Assembly (NCBI RefSeq): GCF_000186885.1
Contig: NC_014972.1
Coordinates: forward strand, 2,370,001 to 2,402,000
Direction: 5' to 3'
Length of the DNA: 32,000 nt
Origin: Desulfobulbus propionicus DSM 2032
Lineage (GTDB): Bacteria > Desulfobacterota > Desulfobulbia > Desulfobulbales > Desulfobulbaceae
This document shows, one piece after another, positions 24,411 to 32,000 of the stretch (positions are counted from its first letter, which is position 1; the number at the start of each line of letters is the position of its first letter). A program made the translations under genes and the position numbers. Under the pieces are notes generated by a model. It was not told where the DNA came from, did no database searches, and saw nothing but the letters and a program-made list of their open reading frames with translations.

Positions 24411-26336
24411 ATGCAACGAAAAATCTACCTTGACATGCATTCCCGGGAAGAGGCCCAACGGCTGTTCTGGTCCCGTTTCGGCCAGCGAACCACTGAAGCG
24501 GAGACCATTCCCTCGCGCCTGGCCCGGGGCCGGGTGACCGCCGCGCCGGTCACCGCCCGTTTCTCCTCGCCCTCATTTCATTCGGCGGCCATGGACGGAT
24601 TGGCGGTGCGGGCCGAGGACACCTTCGGCGCCAGTGACGACACGCCCCGGACCCTGCGCATCGACACCGGCGAGGCGGTGCCGGTCAACACCGGCTATCC
24701 GCTGCCGCCGGACAAAAACGCGGTGATCATGATCGAAAACGTATTGCTGGCCGATGACGGCGCGACCGGCGTGATCCGCGCTCCGGTCTACCCCTGGCAG
24801 CACGTGCGCAAGGTGGGCGAGGATATCGTCGCCACCGAACTGCTGTTCCCCACCGGTCATCAGTTGCGGCCGGCGGACATCGGCGCCCTGCTCACCGGCG
24901 GCTGTGCCACGGTGCGGGTGCGCAAACGGCCCAAGGTGGTGATCATCCCCACCGGCAGCGAGCTGGTCCGCTTGGAGGACTACCCGGATGCGCCACCGGC
25001 CGGCAAGACCATCGAATCGAACGCCACCGTGCTGGCCGGACTGGCCGAACAGGCCGGGGCCGAGGTGGCGATTACCCCCATCATCAGCGACGACTTCGCC
25101 ACCATCTCCCGCCACCTGCAGGCCACGGTCGCCTCCGAGGCCGATCTGGTGATCATCAACGCCGGTTCCTCGGCGGGCAGCGCCGATTACACGGTGCGGA
25201 TCATCGAGCAACTGGGCGAAATCCTGGTGCACGGCATCACCATCATGCCCGGCAAGCCGACCATTCTCGGCGTGATTGACCACAAGCCGGTGGTCGGCAT
25301 CCCCGGCTATCCGGTGTCGGCGATCATCGCCATGGAGCAGCTGGTGGTGCCGCTCTTGGCCCGGATGCAGGGGGTGCATGTGGACCCGCCGGCAACGGTC
25401 CAGGCGGTTCTCGCCAAGGATCTGCCCTCGCGCAGCGGGATCGAGGAGTTCCGGCGGATGATCGTCGGCCGCATCGACGACCGGTTTGTCGCCGTGCCCC
25501 TCAAGCAGGGTGCCGGCGCCATCACCACCCTTACCCGGGCCAACGGCATGCTGCGCATCGCCGCCGCCTCCGAGGGGGAGATCCACGGCCGCGAGGTGAC
25601 CATCGAGCTGCTCGTGCCCCGGCCCCAGGCCGAACGCACCATCCTCTGCACCGGCAGTCACGACCTCTGCCTGGATGTGCTCGGCGATCTGCTGCGCAAG
25701 CAGGACCCGGCCTATCCCCTGGCCTCGACCCATGTCGGCAGTCTGGGCGGCCTCATGGCCCTGAAACAGGGGATGTGCCACCTCGCCGGCTCGCATCTGC
25801 TCGATCCCATGGACGGCTCCTACAACACCAGCTACATCCGCAAGCATCTGGCCGGACGCGATATCCGCGCCGTCACCCTGGTGCACCGCGAACAGGGATT
25901 CATCGTCCCCAAGGGCAATCCGAAAAACATAGCGTCTATTCACGACCTGTTCGGCGAGGGTATCCGCTTCATCAACCGCCAAGCGGGTTCCGGCACCCGG
26001 GTGCTGCTCGACTACGAACTGGAACGCCACCATCTCGATCCCGACGCCATCCTCGGCTACGATCAGGATGAATACACCCACATGGCGGTGGCGGTGGCGG
26101 TGTTGTCGGGCAAGGTGGATACCGGGCTGGGGATCAAGAGCGCGGCCAATGCCTTGGGGCTCGATTTCGTGCCGCTGGTCGAGGAACGCTACGACCTGCT
26201 CCTTCCCGGCGAGCTGTTCGATACGCCGATGATCCAGGCCGTGCTGACGGTGATCAATACCGCCGATTTCCGCCAGGCGGTGGAGGCGTTGGGCGGCTAT
26301 TCCACCCGGGAAACGGGCCGGCTGGTGGAACGTTAA
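24411..26336 (+). CDS. MoeA-like protein fused to C-terminal periplasmic-binding-protein-like domain
   Basis: N-terminal MoeA motifs (SAAMDGLAVRAEDTFG, AVIMIE, GSELVR, NAGSSAGSADYT, GKPTILGVIDHKPVVGIPGYPVSA). C-terminal ILCTGSHDLCLDVLGDLL...GSLGGLMALKQGMCHLAGSHLLD...RFINRQAGSGTRVLLDYEL...IKSAANALGLDFVPLVEERYDLLLP. Start ATG 24411 (MQRKIYLDM). Confidence 0.92.
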   Translation: MQRKIYLDMHSREEAQRLFWSRFGQRTTEAETIPSRLARGRVTAAPVTARFSSPSFHSAAMDGLAVRAEDTFGASDDTPRTLRIDTGEAVPVNTGYPLPPDKNAVIMIENVLLADDGATGVIRAPVYPWQHVRKVGEDIVATELLFPTGHQLRPADIGALLTGGCATVRVRKRPKVVIIPTGSELVRLEDYPDAPPAGKTIESNATVLAGLAEQAGAEVAITPIISDDFATISRHLQATVASEADLVIINAGSSAGSADYTVRIIEQLGEILVHGITIMPGKPTILGVIDHKPVVGIPGYPVSAIIAMEQLVVPLLARMQGVHVDPPATVQAVLAKDLPSRSGIEEFRRMIVGRIDDRFVAVPLKQGAGAITTLTRANGMLRIAAASEGEIHGREVTIELLVPRPQAERTILCTGSHDLCLDVLGDLLRKQDPAYPLASTHVGSLGGLMALKQGMCHLAGSHLLDPMDGSYNTSYIRKHLAGRDIRAVTLVHREQGFIVPKGNPKNIASIHDLFGEGIRFINRQAGSGTRVLLDYELERHHLDPDAILGYDQDEYTHMAVAVAVLSGKVDTGLGIKSAANALGLDFVPLVEERYDLLLPGELFDTPMIQAVLTVINTADFRQAVEALGGYSTRETGRLVER

Positions 26337-26359
26337 AAGGGAAGCGTCCGCTTACCTTT
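26336..26359. terminator. Possible bidirectional terminator between convergent genes
   Basis: AAAGG-g-AAGC-GTCC-GCTT-a-CCTTT imperfect hairpin with an A-rich left side and T-rich right side, overlapping the + strand stop. Confidence 0.4.
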
Positions 26360-27035
26360 CGTTGAGGACAAAATCGCCTTCCCGGAGATCAATGTGCAGC
26401 CAGCCATGGTGCAGCGGCGAGGGGAACCCGAGCAACAGCTTGACCGTTTCGGCGGCCTGCAGGCTGGCAATGACCGCCACGGTGAACGAGAGCACCGAGG
26501 GCGCGGGGCCGGTGGCCATGCGCCGGGGATAGAGGCGGTCGAGCAGATCGTCGCCGGGCAACCGCACCCCCACCTGGCCGTACCAGCCGCTGACCGCGCC
26601 ATGCACCAGGGGGATGGACCGCCGATCGCACAGGGACGCCAGATCGCGGCGGGCCTGGATGTTATCGAGACAGTCGACCGCCGCATCGACCCGGAACGGC
26701 TCGTCCTGATCGGCAACGGCGCGGAAATCGACGGGGAAGAACCGGGTGGCGGTGAAGGCATGGATCGAGGCCACCCGCTCGGCCGCTGCCTCGGCCTTGT
26801 TGCGGCCCAGGGTGGACCAGAGGGCGTTGAGCTGACGGTTGCCGTTGCTCGCCGCAAAGACATCGGGATCAAAGAGGTGCAGCCGTCCGACCCCGATGCG
26901 CGTCAACTCCTCGATCACATAGCCCCCCAAGCCGCCGCAGCCGATCACCGCCACGCTTTTCCCGTGCAGCCGCCGCTGCTGTTGGTCGGTAAGGGATCCC
27001 TGGTTACGGGCAAAGGTATCGGCAAAAGAGGGCAT
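26352..27035 (-). CDS. ThiF/HesA/MoeB-like adenylyltransferase
   Basis: VAVIGCGGLGGYVIEELTRIGVGRLHLFDPDVFAASNGNRQLNA...VDAAVDCLDNIQARRDLASLCDRRSIPLVHGAVSGWYGQV. Start MPSFADTFARNQ at 27035. Confidence 0.88.
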   Translation of the reverse strand: MPSFADTFARNQGSLTDQQQRRLHGKSVAVIGCGGLGGYVIEELTRIGVGRLHLFDPDVFAASNGNRQLNALWSTLGRNKAEAAAERVASIHAFTATRFFPVDFRAVADQDEPFRVDAAVDCLDNIQARRDLASLCDRRSIPLVHGAVSGWYGQVGVRLPGDDLLDRLYPRRMATGPAPSVLSFTVAVIASLQAAETVKLLLGFPSPLHHGWLHIDLREGDFVLNER

Positions 27036-27151
27036 GGCCACGACCTGCTGTTTGAGATGATTGTTGTTTGTTTTCCAGACGATACCTGCGTCGTCGTTCG
27101 ATGTCAATCGCTTCGCGGCGCCGGCTGATTTCCGGCAAGGGATTGGTGCCC

Positions 27152-27616
27152 ATGGACCCCCAACAAAACACCCCGCGCTCCTCTCCAGGCGAGAGACAAC
27201 CATCGCCCGCTCCCCTCTGGGGCGACCGGTTGCCGGCCAACATTCTACGCTGGCTGTCCATCGCAGCGCGCACCAGCCATCTCGGCGTGGCGGCGGTGCT
27301 GTTCGGTGGCCTGCTCCTGCTGGTGCCCTTCGCCCGCCTGGCCCCCTGGCACCACCTGACCATCGTCACCGGCGCTGTCCTGCTGACCCTTGAATGGCAG
27401 CACGACAGCCGCTGGCCGCACCGGGGCAAGGGGTTGCTGGCCCTGCTCCATCTCGGCCTCTGCCTGCTGATCCACCTCGCTCCGGCACTAACCGTGCCGT
27501 TGCTGTGGGCCATCCTGATCAGCGGCTCGGTCGGCAGCCACATGCCGCGGCGCTTCCGCCACTGGTCAATCCTTCAGGGGTGGGAGCGGCAAGACAACGA
27601 ACCACGGCCGCGCTGA
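27152..27616 (+). CDS. Small multi-pass membrane protein of unknown function
   Basis: About 154 aa from ATG 27152 (MDPQQNTPRSS...); hydrophobic segments HLGVAAVLFGGLLLLVPFARL, LTIVTGAVLLTLEWQ, GLLALLHLGLCLLIHL, LTVPLLWAILISG. Confidence 0.6.
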   Translation: MDPQQNTPRSSPGERQPSPAPLWGDRLPANILRWLSIAARTSHLGVAAVLFGGLLLLVPFARLAPWHHLTIVTGAVLLTLEWQHDSRWPHRGKGLLALLHLGLCLLIHLAPALTVPLLWAILISGSVGSHMPRRFRHWSILQGWERQDNEPRPR

Positions 27617-27679
27617 CGGGACGGTGAGCACCCGACCACGGCACCCCCAGCTGTTGTTTTTGGTCGGAATGAGTCGATA

Positions 27680-28699
27680 ATGGAAAAAGAAACCGAGAAT
27701 TACACAACAGTATTGACGGAAAGCGACCAAAAAAGCCATCCTGAAGGGGCAACTTCTGATCCGATTCTTTCTGCCCCAGGATTGTCCATGAAACGCTTGA
27801 TGACCACCAAAGAGGTGGCCGAATTCCTCAATATCCACGAAAAAATGGTCTACACCCTGGTGTCGGAGAAGGCCATGCCGGCCACCAAGATTGCCGGCAA
27901 ATGGCTCTTTCCCCAATACCTGATCGAACAGTGGGTGGAGAACAACACCATCAATTTTCCCGACAACGCCCGCCCCCTGACCTCCAACCAGCGGCTGATC
28001 GTGCTTGCCGGCAGCAACGACCTGCTGCTCGACACGACCATCACCCTGTTCAACCGCTCCTTTTCCGGCCACTTGGCTGTGTTCGGCAACATCGGCAGCA
28101 TGGGCGGGGTCCAGGCCCTGCGCAACAACCTGTGCCACATCGCCGCCAGCCACCTCATCCAGGACGACGAGGCCGACTACAACTTTCAGTTCGCGGCCCA
28201 GGAGTTCGAGAAGATGCCGGTGGTCGTCAACTTCTGCCGCCGACTGCAGGGACTGCTGGTGCGCAAGAACAACCCGCTGGAGATCCTGTCGGTGGCCGAC
28301 CTGGCCCGCCCTGGACTGCGGCTGGTCAATCGTTCGCTCGGCACCGGCACCCGCCTGCTGCTCGACCGCGAACTGCAGAAGGCCGGCCTGCGCGGCGACA
28401 AGATCATCGGTTACGATCGGGAGGTGGCCCGCCACATGGATGTCGGCCTGGAGATTCTCGCCGGGCGGGCCGATGTCGGTCCGGGCATCGAGGCGGTGGC
28501 CGGAGCCCTGGACCTCGACTTCCTGCCCCTGCGCTGGGAGCGATTCGACCTCTTGGTGTCCAAGGAGGTCTTTTTTGAAAAGGCGATCCAGGCCTTTTTT
28601 GGCCTGCTTCAATCCGAACCGTTCAAGGAGGCCGGGCGGGCCATCAAGGGGTATGACCTGACCATGGCCGGCAAGATCGTCTTTCAGGACGGGCAGTAA
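27680..28699 (+). CDS. Transcriptional regulator: MerR/excisionase-type HTH plus PBP-like ligand domain, candidate tungstate regulator
   Basis: LMTTKEVAEFLNIHEKMVYTLVSEKAMPATKIAGKWLFPQYLIEQWV (HTH) followed by IVLAGSNDLLLDTTITLF...FGNIGSMGGVQALRNNLCHIAASHLI...RLVNRSLGTGTRLLLDREL. Confidence 0.85.
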   Translation: MEKETENYTTVLTESDQKSHPEGATSDPILSAPGLSMKRLMTTKEVAEFLNIHEKMVYTLVSEKAMPATKIAGKWLFPQYLIEQWVENNTINFPDNARPLTSNQRLIVLAGSNDLLLDTTITLFNRSFSGHLAVFGNIGSMGGVQALRNNLCHIAASHLIQDDEADYNFQFAAQEFEKMPVVVNFCRRLQGLLVRKNNPLEILSVADLARPGLRLVNRSLGTGTRLLLDRELQKAGLRGDKIIGYDREVARHMDVGLEILAGRADVGPGIEAVAGALDLDFLPLRWERFDLLVSKEVFFEKAIQAFFGLLQSEPFKEAGRAIKGYDLTMAGKIVFQDGQ

Positions 28700-28709
28700 T
28701 TTTTTACCT

Positions 28710-28725
28710 GGCAGGGTTGCCTGCC
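28710..28725. promoter_or_regulatory. Palindrome between regulator and tupA
   Basis: GGCAGG-GTTG-CCTGCC, 25 nt upstream of the preferred TupA start; could be an RNA hairpin or operator. Confidence 0.3.
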
Positions 28726-28750
28726 TGAAATCATGCACAAGGAGTCTATC

Positions 28751-29641
28751 ATGAAACTCGAACAATTGTTGGCGTGTGGCCTGACCATGGCCCTGATGGC
28801 CGCTGGTCCGGCCATGGCCGCGGACAAAATCATCAAAATGTCGACCACCACCTCGACCCAGGATTCGGGACTGCTGGATGTGTTGTTGCCTGCCCTGGAA
28901 AAGGACACCGGCATCCAGGTCAAGGTGATCGCCAAGGGAACGGGAGCGGCCATTCGTGACGGCGTCGACGGCAACGTGGACGCCATTTTCGTCCATGACA
29001 CCGCCCGGGAGGAAACCTTTGTCAAGGACGGCTACGGCAGCAAACGCTATGCGGTGATGCACAACGACTTCATCCTCGTCGGCCCGGCCGCCGATCAGGC
29101 CAAGATCAAGGGCACCGCCGAGGGCGCCGAGGCCCTGAAAAAGATCGCCGCCGCCAAGGCCACCTTTGTCTCCCGTGGCGATGATTCCGGCACCCACGCC
29201 AAGGAGCAGGAACTGTGGAAAGCCGCCGCCCTGCCCTTGGAAACCGTTACCTCCACCCTGGAGAAGGACGGCAAACAGATCCCGATCAAGGCCGTGCAGC
29301 CGGCCAACGCCAAAGACTGGTACCTGTCGGTGGGCCAAGGCATGGGCAAGACCCTGACCCTGACCGATGAGAAGCAGGCCTACACCCTGGCCGATCGCGG
29401 CTCCTTCATCAAATACAAATACGGACGGGAAGTGCCGGTCAACCTTGAGATCCTCTGCGAGGGCGGCAACCAGCTGGCCAACCCTTACGGCTTCATTCCG
29501 GTGAGCCAGGCCAAGCATCCGCATGCCAAGACCGCCGTGGCCGAGGAAATGGCCCAGTGGCTGGTCTCTGCCAAGGGACAGCAGGTGATCGCCGACTACA
29601 AGTTGCTCGGCAAGCAACTGTTCTTCCCCGACGCCAAGTAA
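28751..29641 (+). CDS. tupA: Tungstate ABC transporter substrate-binding protein
   Basis: Signal peptide MKLEQLLACGLTMALMAAGPAMA, then IIKMSTTTSTQDSGLLDVLLPALEKDTGI, diagnostic for TupA; ggag RBS at 28741. Confidence 0.92.
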   Translation: MKLEQLLACGLTMALMAAGPAMAADKIIKMSTTTSTQDSGLLDVLLPALEKDTGIQVKVIAKGTGAAIRDGVDGNVDAIFVHDTAREETFVKDGYGSKRYAVMHNDFILVGPAADQAKIKGTAEGAEALKKIAAAKATFVSRGDDSGTHAKEQELWKAAALPLETVTSTLEKDGKQIPIKAVQPANAKDWYLSVGQGMGKTLTLTDEKQAYTLADRGSFIKYKYGREVPVNLEILCEGGNQLANPYGFIPVSQAKHPHAKTAVAEEMAQWLVSAKGQQVIADYKLLGKQLFFPDAK

Positions 29642-29662
29642 GAAAAATTCGGTCGTGAGTTC

Positions 29663-29696
29663 GGGCGGAGGGCAGGGATGCCCTTCGCCCTTTTTT
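29663..29696 (+). terminator. Intra-operon terminator/attenuator between tupA and tupB
   Basis: GGGCG-g-AGGGCA-GGGA-TGCCCT-t-CGCCC followed directly by TTTTTT. Confidence 0.8.
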
Positions 29697-29719
29697 CCTT
29701 TTCCCGTTCAATCGACGCG

Positions 29720-30415
29720 ATGTCCTTTTTTTTCGACAGTTTTGCTGCCGCCTGCCGCCTGGCCTGGTCGCTCGATCCGGAACTGCTGACCATTGTTCGG
29801 GTGTCGCTTGCGGTCAGCTGCCTGGCCACGGTGTTGGCCAGCCTGGTCGGTATTCCCGCCGGCTTTGCCATCGCCCATGGCCGCTTGCCCGGCAAGCGGG
29901 CGGTGATCACCCTGCTCAACACCCTCCTGGCCCTGCCCACGGTGGTGATCGGCCTGTTCGTCTACGTGTTCATCTCCCGGCGCGGCGTCTTCGGGCCGCT
30001 TGATCTGCTCTATACCCAGAAGGCGATGATCATCGGCCAGTTTCTCCTCGTTCTGCCGCTGGTCACCGCCCTGACCATCGCCGCCATCAGCCGGGTCGAC
30101 GCGCGCTACCGCATGACCGCTCGCACCCTGGGGGCCAACGACTGGCAGACCGCCCTGGTGGTCCTGCGCGAAGCCCGCTTCGGCATTGCCGCGGCGGTCA
30201 TCTCCAGCTTTGGCCGGGTGATCTCGGAGATCGGCATCTCGATGATGCTCGGCGGCAACATCAAGGGGTTCACCCGCACCATGACCACGGCCATGGCCCT
30301 GGAGTACGACAAGGGCTCCTTTACCCTGGCCGTGGCCCTGGGGTTGGTGCTGATGGCCATCAGCCTGGGGATGAATGTGCTGTTCAACCTGGCGCAGGGG
30401 AGGAGCGGCCGATGA
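29720..30415 (+). CDS. tupB: Tungstate ABC transporter permease
   Basis: LSLAVSCLATVLASLVGIPAGFAIAHGRLPGK, NTLLALPTVVIGLFVYVFISRRG, TLGANDWQTALVVLREARFGIAAAVISSFGRVISEIGISMMLGGNIKG. ATG 29720 preferred because ATG 29678 sits in the terminator hairpin. Confidence 0.9.
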   Translation: MSFFFDSFAAACRLAWSLDPELLTIVRVSLAVSCLATVLASLVGIPAGFAIAHGRLPGKRAVITLLNTLLALPTVVIGLFVYVFISRRGVFGPLDLLYTQKAMIIGQFLLVLPLVTALTIAAISRVDARYRMTARTLGANDWQTALVVLREARFGIAAAVISSFGRVISEIGISMMLGGNIKGFTRTMTTAMALEYDKGSFTLAVALGLVLMAISLGMNVLFNLAQGRSGR

Positions 30416-31449
30416 TGTGCTACACCCTGACCCAGCTTGTCCAGCGCTACCACCAGCGGCTGGTGCTTTCCATCGACCGCCTCGAAATCGAAGCCGGCCG
30501 CATTCATGCCCTGCTGGGCCCCAATGGCGCGGGCAAGACCACCCTGCTCCATATTCTTGCCTTTCTCGCCACACCGGCGGGCGGGACGATGACCTTCAAC
30601 GGCGAACCGGTGGACCTGTCGGCCAGCAACCTGCTGCAACTCCGTCGCCGGGTGGTGCTGGTGGACCAGCATCCGATCATGTTTTCCACCACGGTGCGGG
30701 GCAACATCGAATTCGGCTTGAAGATCCGCCGCGTCGGCACACGGGAACGGCTGCGGATCGTTGACGAGGTCCTGGATCTGGTGGGTTTGGATCGGTACAA
30801 AACAGCCGCCGCCCACGAACTCTCCGGCGGCGAGACCCAGCGGCTGGCTCTGGCCCGCGCCCTGGCCCTGCGCCCGGAAGTGCTGCTGTGCGACGAACCC
30901 ACCGCCAGTGTCGACGCCGAAAACCAGGCGATCATCGCCGCCCTGCTGCAACAGATCAACGCCGAGCGCGGTACTACCATCGTCTTCACCACCCATGACC
31001 GGCTGCAGGCCGCCTCCCTGGCCCAGCGCACCCTGGTACTGGAAAACGGCCGTCTGGCCCGCACCACCCATGAAAACGCCTTTGCCTGTTCCTTCCGCCA
31101 GGACGGTGGCGCGCCAGACGGTCCGCCGCGCTGCATGCTCCACGGCCTGGTGGCGTTCCCCTTGCCTCCTCTCCGCACCTGCTGGCCGGCAAGACGCGAC
31201 GGCCGCATCCATCTCGATCCGGAAAGGATCACCCTGTGCCGGGCCGAGGAACGGCCCGATGTCGTGCCGACCTTCACCGGTACGGTCGTGCTGGTCATGG
31301 CCGAGGACAATAGGATTCGGGTGGTGGTCAACATCGGGGTTTTGCTGGTGGTGCTCATGCCCCAGGATCATTATCGGCGGGAAAACCCACGCGTCGGTGA
31401 CCGGGTGGGCCTCCACGTGGCCCCCGAGGGCATCACCCTGCTGGATTGA
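30412..31449 (+). CDS. tupC: Tungstate ABC transporter ATP-binding protein with C-terminal TOBE-like extension
   Basis: LLGPNGAGKTTLLHIL Walker A, ELSGGETQRLALARALALRPEVLLCDEPTASVD, H-loop TTHDR; overlaps tupB by 4 nt. Confidence 0.9.
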   Translation: MMCYTLTQLVQRYHQRLVLSIDRLEIEAGRIHALLGPNGAGKTTLLHILAFLATPAGGTMTFNGEPVDLSASNLLQLRRRVVLVDQHPIMFSTTVRGNIEFGLKIRRVGTRERLRIVDEVLDLVGLDRYKTAAAHELSGGETQRLALARALALRPEVLLCDEPTASVDAENQAIIAALLQQINAERGTTIVFTTHDRLQAASLAQRTLVLENGRLARTTHENAFACSFRQDGGAPDGPPRCMLHGLVAFPLPPLRTCWPARRDGRIHLDPERITLCRAEERPDVVPTFTGTVVLVMAEDNRIRVVVNIGVLLVVLMPQDHYRRENPRVGDRVGLHVAPEGITLLD

Positions 31450-31661
31450 AGCGGCTGCCGGCATGCTCCGGGGTCGCGTTCAATCGCATCTCCGGAAACG
31501 GCCAGCATCCCGGTAGTGCTTGAAATGCCCCAGCCTTCATGGCAAGGTAGGAGCCTCAACCCCAACCCGACCGTCCATACGCCGCCGCCCCGCGCCATCC
31601 GCCACGCGTAATGTGCCTCAATGGCACAGGACATCGCTATCCCGTTGGAGGCCCTGCATCC

Positions 31662-32000
31662 ATGCTCCTGTACGCCCTGGTACTCCTGCCGCTCATCGGT
31701 TCGCCGCTGCCCGCCTTGACGGCTCGCCTTGCCGGACGAACGGCGCCCGTCCTGACGGCAGCCGCGATCAGCGCCGTGGCCCTGCTCTTGGCCTTGCCGC
31801 CCCTGGCCGCGGCATTCGCCGGTGCGCCCATGGAAGCGTATCACTCCTGGCTGCCCCAGGCGGGACTTGACCTGGGCCTGCGCATGGACGGGCTGGGCGC
31901 GCTGTTTGTTCTCCTGATCCTCGGCATCGGCCTGTTGGTGCTCCTCTATGCCCATTATTACCTGACCAAGGAGGAGGCGGTCGGCCGCTTTTATAGTTTT
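31662..32000 (+). CDS. MrpA/NuoL-like proton-conducting membrane antiporter subunit, N-terminal part, truncated by window end
   Basis: Hand translation of 113 open codons: MLLYALVLLPLIGSPLPALTARLAGRT...GLDLGLRMDGLGALFVLLILGIGLLVLLYAHYYLTKEEAVGRFYSF. Absent from the ORF track because no stop lies in the window. Confidence 0.8.
   Translation, partial: MLLYALVLLPLIGSPLPALTARLAGRTAPVLTAAAISAVALLLALPPLAAAFAGAPMEAYHSWLPQAGLDLGLRMDGLGALFVLLILGIGLLVLLYAHYYLTKEEAVGRFYSF

Noticed and set aside
27035-27152. Small inverted repeats between the divergent ThiF-like and membrane-protein genes (GACGA...TCGTC, GCCGG...CCGGC)
   Set aside because: Only 5-bp arms in a GC-rich background, expected by chance; no promoter context could be established.
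1-32000. CRISPR arrays, tRNA/rRNA genes, transposases, phage integrases or retrons
   Set aside because: Looked for regularly spaced short repeats, tRNA-like sequences and recombinase/RT motifs in the ORF translations and saw none. The only tandem repeats are the long Calx-beta coding modules.

Overview
The window looks like a Gram-negative, probably Desulfobulbaceae-like deltaproteobacterial, chromosome segment with three blocks. (1) Nt 1-7410: a minor-pilin cluster on the minus strand (PilV-, PilW- and PilX-like proteins, then a truncated secreted Calx-beta-repeat protein), a sensor kinase / sigma54-activator pair, and a divergent type IV pilin gene. The pilin gene has a textbook -24/-12 promoter, two tandem upstream palindromes and its own terminator. 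(2) Nt 7470-18862: a more AT-rich surface-glycan island directly behind the pilin. It encodes a TPR-type membrane protein, a VKOR-DsbA fusion, a GT39-like membrane glycosyltransferase, a Wzx-like flippase, TagD- and TagF/B-like glycerol-phosphate enzymes, two GT4 enzymes and one GT2 enzyme. (3) Nt 19199-31449: a coherent tungsten-enzyme module. It encodes an Fe-ADH behind a sigma54-type promoter, an aldehyde:ferredoxin oxidoreductase with a structured leader, a MoaD-like protein, two MoeA paralogues (one fused to a PBP-like domain), a ThiF/HesA/MoeB-like protein, a small membrane protein, a HTH regulator with the same PBP-like domain, and TupABC. The window ends in the start of an MrpA/NuoL-like antiporter gene. 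Two real CDSs truncated at the window edges (1..1590 minus, 31662..32000 plus) are missing from the supplied ORF track. The most novel candidate systems are the possible pilin modification / disulfide locus and the tungstate-sensing and insertion module that uses the same ligand-like domain twice. No tRNA, rRNA, CRISPR array or transposase was recognised.
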